Source of the DNA: Epiperipatus broadwayi
Lineage: Eukaryota > Animalia > Onychophora
Length of the DNA stretch: 64,000 bases
NCBI GenBank assembly: GCA_028023455.1
Contig: JAQFVV010000002.1
Coordinates: 13,888,001-13,952,000 of the forward strand
Reading direction: 5' to 3'
Positions within the stretch are counted from its first letter, which is position 1. Each line of letters starts with the position of its first letter. A program made the position numbers and the translations under genes. Below the pieces are notes generated by a model. The model did no database searches. It saw only the letters and a list, made by a program, of their open reading frames with translations, and was not told the DNA's origin. Of the stretch, positions 62,050-64,000 are shown in pieces.

Positions 62050-62260
62050 GGAAGAAATAAAAGCAAATAAACTGAGTTTTGAAAATGATATTGGAAGAAA
62101 TAGAATTAAATTGATCATGTTGCTATTAGAAATGACAATGAACGGACAACTGGAATTCTAAATTGATTTCCAAGAGATATTAGGAGTTATTAAAAAAAAA
62201 TCACATGAGAAAGGTATTTATGAGATGAGAAAGTTTGCTGGAGTTATGTGAAAAAGCAAA
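62050..62260 (+). mobile_element. Short degenerate 3' fragment of the RTE family
   Basis: Resembles 60260-60440 (ttgaaa...gaattaaattgatcatgttgc..agaaatgac, attgatttccaagagat). Confidence 0.5.
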
Positions 62261-62698
62261 GCTGTGAATGGGAATAATTGTTATATACCATTGAAAAATT
62301 ATGAGGTTGGCATATACAGGTACAAATATCATTGGAAATATGGCTGTACTACAATATACTATTCAAACTCAATCAATAATTTTGAAGTTTGATACCTAAT
62401 AATGATTATATATCAATAATATTTTCTATTGTTTTTATTTTGTTTAACTTATTTATCTAATTGGCCCAGTAGTATTTTTTTAATTACAAGACAGTTGTGA
62501 ATTTATTTGAAGAATGGAAATAGTAAGTGCTATGCTTGCACAATTAATAAATTTTGAACATTTCGTCTATTTTTAGCTTTCATCTGATGTATTTCATCAA
62601 TATGTATTTCAAAAGTTTTTTTTTTAAATAATAATAATTTTTAAACATAAATCTAATTTTTTTTTTGTTTTGTCCCCCCCTCCCCTTTAATTTTTTAG

Positions 62699-62722
62699 CA
62701 CTGAACAAAGAAAATGCTGGAT
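62699..62722 (+). CDS. ANKHD1: Candidate 24-nt alternatively spliced microexon of ANKHD1/mask (encodes ALNKENAG plus a junction codon)
   Basis: Branch-point-like CTAAT (~62653), ~40-nt polypyrimidine tract ending tttttag|, and consensus donor |gtaagt. The length is a multiple of 3 and the exon is open in phase 1, matching the upstream exon end. No transcript evidence is available here. Confidence 0.55.
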
Positions 62723-64000
62723 GTAAGTAAATGTTTTATATTTATTTTATTCTATATACAAATATAACTTTTTAATATTAATATGCAGTAATTTATTAAT
62801 CTTGTATATTAATGAATGATATATATGTATAATTATTTTGTAGTAATTATTTATGTAAAAATATTGGAATGCAATAATTAGTTTGAGATATGAAAAGACA
62901 AAAAATTAAAATAAGCACTTGTAAAGAAATTGACAGTTATGAATATATGGTTCAAAATGTGGATAAGGGCAAACTTTATGTAAGAAAGTTCTAAATAATT
63001 ATCAATCAACTAGATTTTATATTACAGTACTTTAAAACTGATTTAGTATGCATATCGTAGGAATAAACTTGCTTAATATGTCAAACCATTATTCTCAATA
63101 CACAAAATAGACATTGTACTAAGCTAATTAGCCATATAATTAATAATGTAGAATAAATGACATTATATATTGCAATAATATCTTGAAGCAAATGATCTAT
63201 ACTCTAAATTTTCTGTGCTTATGCCTGAGCTTTCAAATTGTTATTTTGTTCTTTTTTGACTTTGGTTTTTTTTTATAAATACAATTATTTAAATTTGGTT
63301 ATTTCTTTCTTAAACATACCTTAATCTGATTTTATAAAACCATGAGAGGTAGTACACTTGCACTCTGCTCAAGATAAAATCTGTTGATAATTTTGCAACT
63401 TGAGATGAAATTTATGAATCATAAAAACAAAAAAAAAAAAGATATATTGAAGAAAATCGGGGGGGGGGGGAACTTCAGAAGAGTTTCAGACTAACACATA
63501 TAAAGATATATGATGAATTCTTTTAAAGAAGTTGCAGTATAATTTTTAGGATATGTACAGTTTATATATATTATAATTATGGCAGGTAAACTGCAGAAAT
63601 TCATTATATTATATTCGAGACATCTATGTAAGCATGGGTAAAAAAGTCATGAAAGAATGATAATATTAATTGGAATTTAGCTAAGTTGAGAAAATAGATA
63701 ATTAGTTATTAAATTATATACTATCCAGTAAAATATGTAATTAATAAAAAGATAGAAGCGAATGTAAAAATTAAATAAAAACTGAAAAAGCAAAGGGAAT
63801 TGATTAAAAATACAGGAAGAAATTTGAAACATTAGATAAAAAGAAGTAAAATAAGGTCATGCCTCACTGATATAGCCGTAATAGGTATGTTTGCAATAGA
63901 GTAAATTGCAATTGAATGTGTAGAATATAGATCTATGAAAGTTTAATAATTATTTATCCAGGGAGTAATTTGGATTTTAAAAAAGTAGAATGCAGTGTTG

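Overview
Very AT-rich eukaryotic (animal, probably arthropod) genomic DNA. The whole window lies inside one + strand intron-rich gene, the ANKHD1/ANKRD17 (Drosophila mask) multi-ankyrin orthologue. Three coding exons with phase-consistent GT-AG boundaries are clear (17932-18076, 35020-35164, 47914-48061), and there is a strong candidate 24-nt frame-preserving microexon at 62699-62722. The introns are full of decayed transposons: RTE-clade LINEs, Penelope-like elements (PLEs), a deleted mariner, hAT remnants and MITEs. Three things stand out. (1) A 4,437-bp fold-back element (20623-25059) made almost entirely of two ~2.1-2.2 kb inverted arms, with TGT...ACA ends, an exact 4-bp target-site duplication (AAGT), 26-bp self-complementary termini, a branched hairpin with pentamer repeats at its centre, and a cryptic Cys-rich reading frame in each arm. 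(2) A cluster of three minimal type-I hammerhead ribozymes in a non-coding repeat (60627-61510). (3) The ANKHD1 microexon. No rRNA, tRNA or CRISPR array is supportable. TE boundaries not defined by a TSD or TIR are approximate, and all alignments were made by eye.
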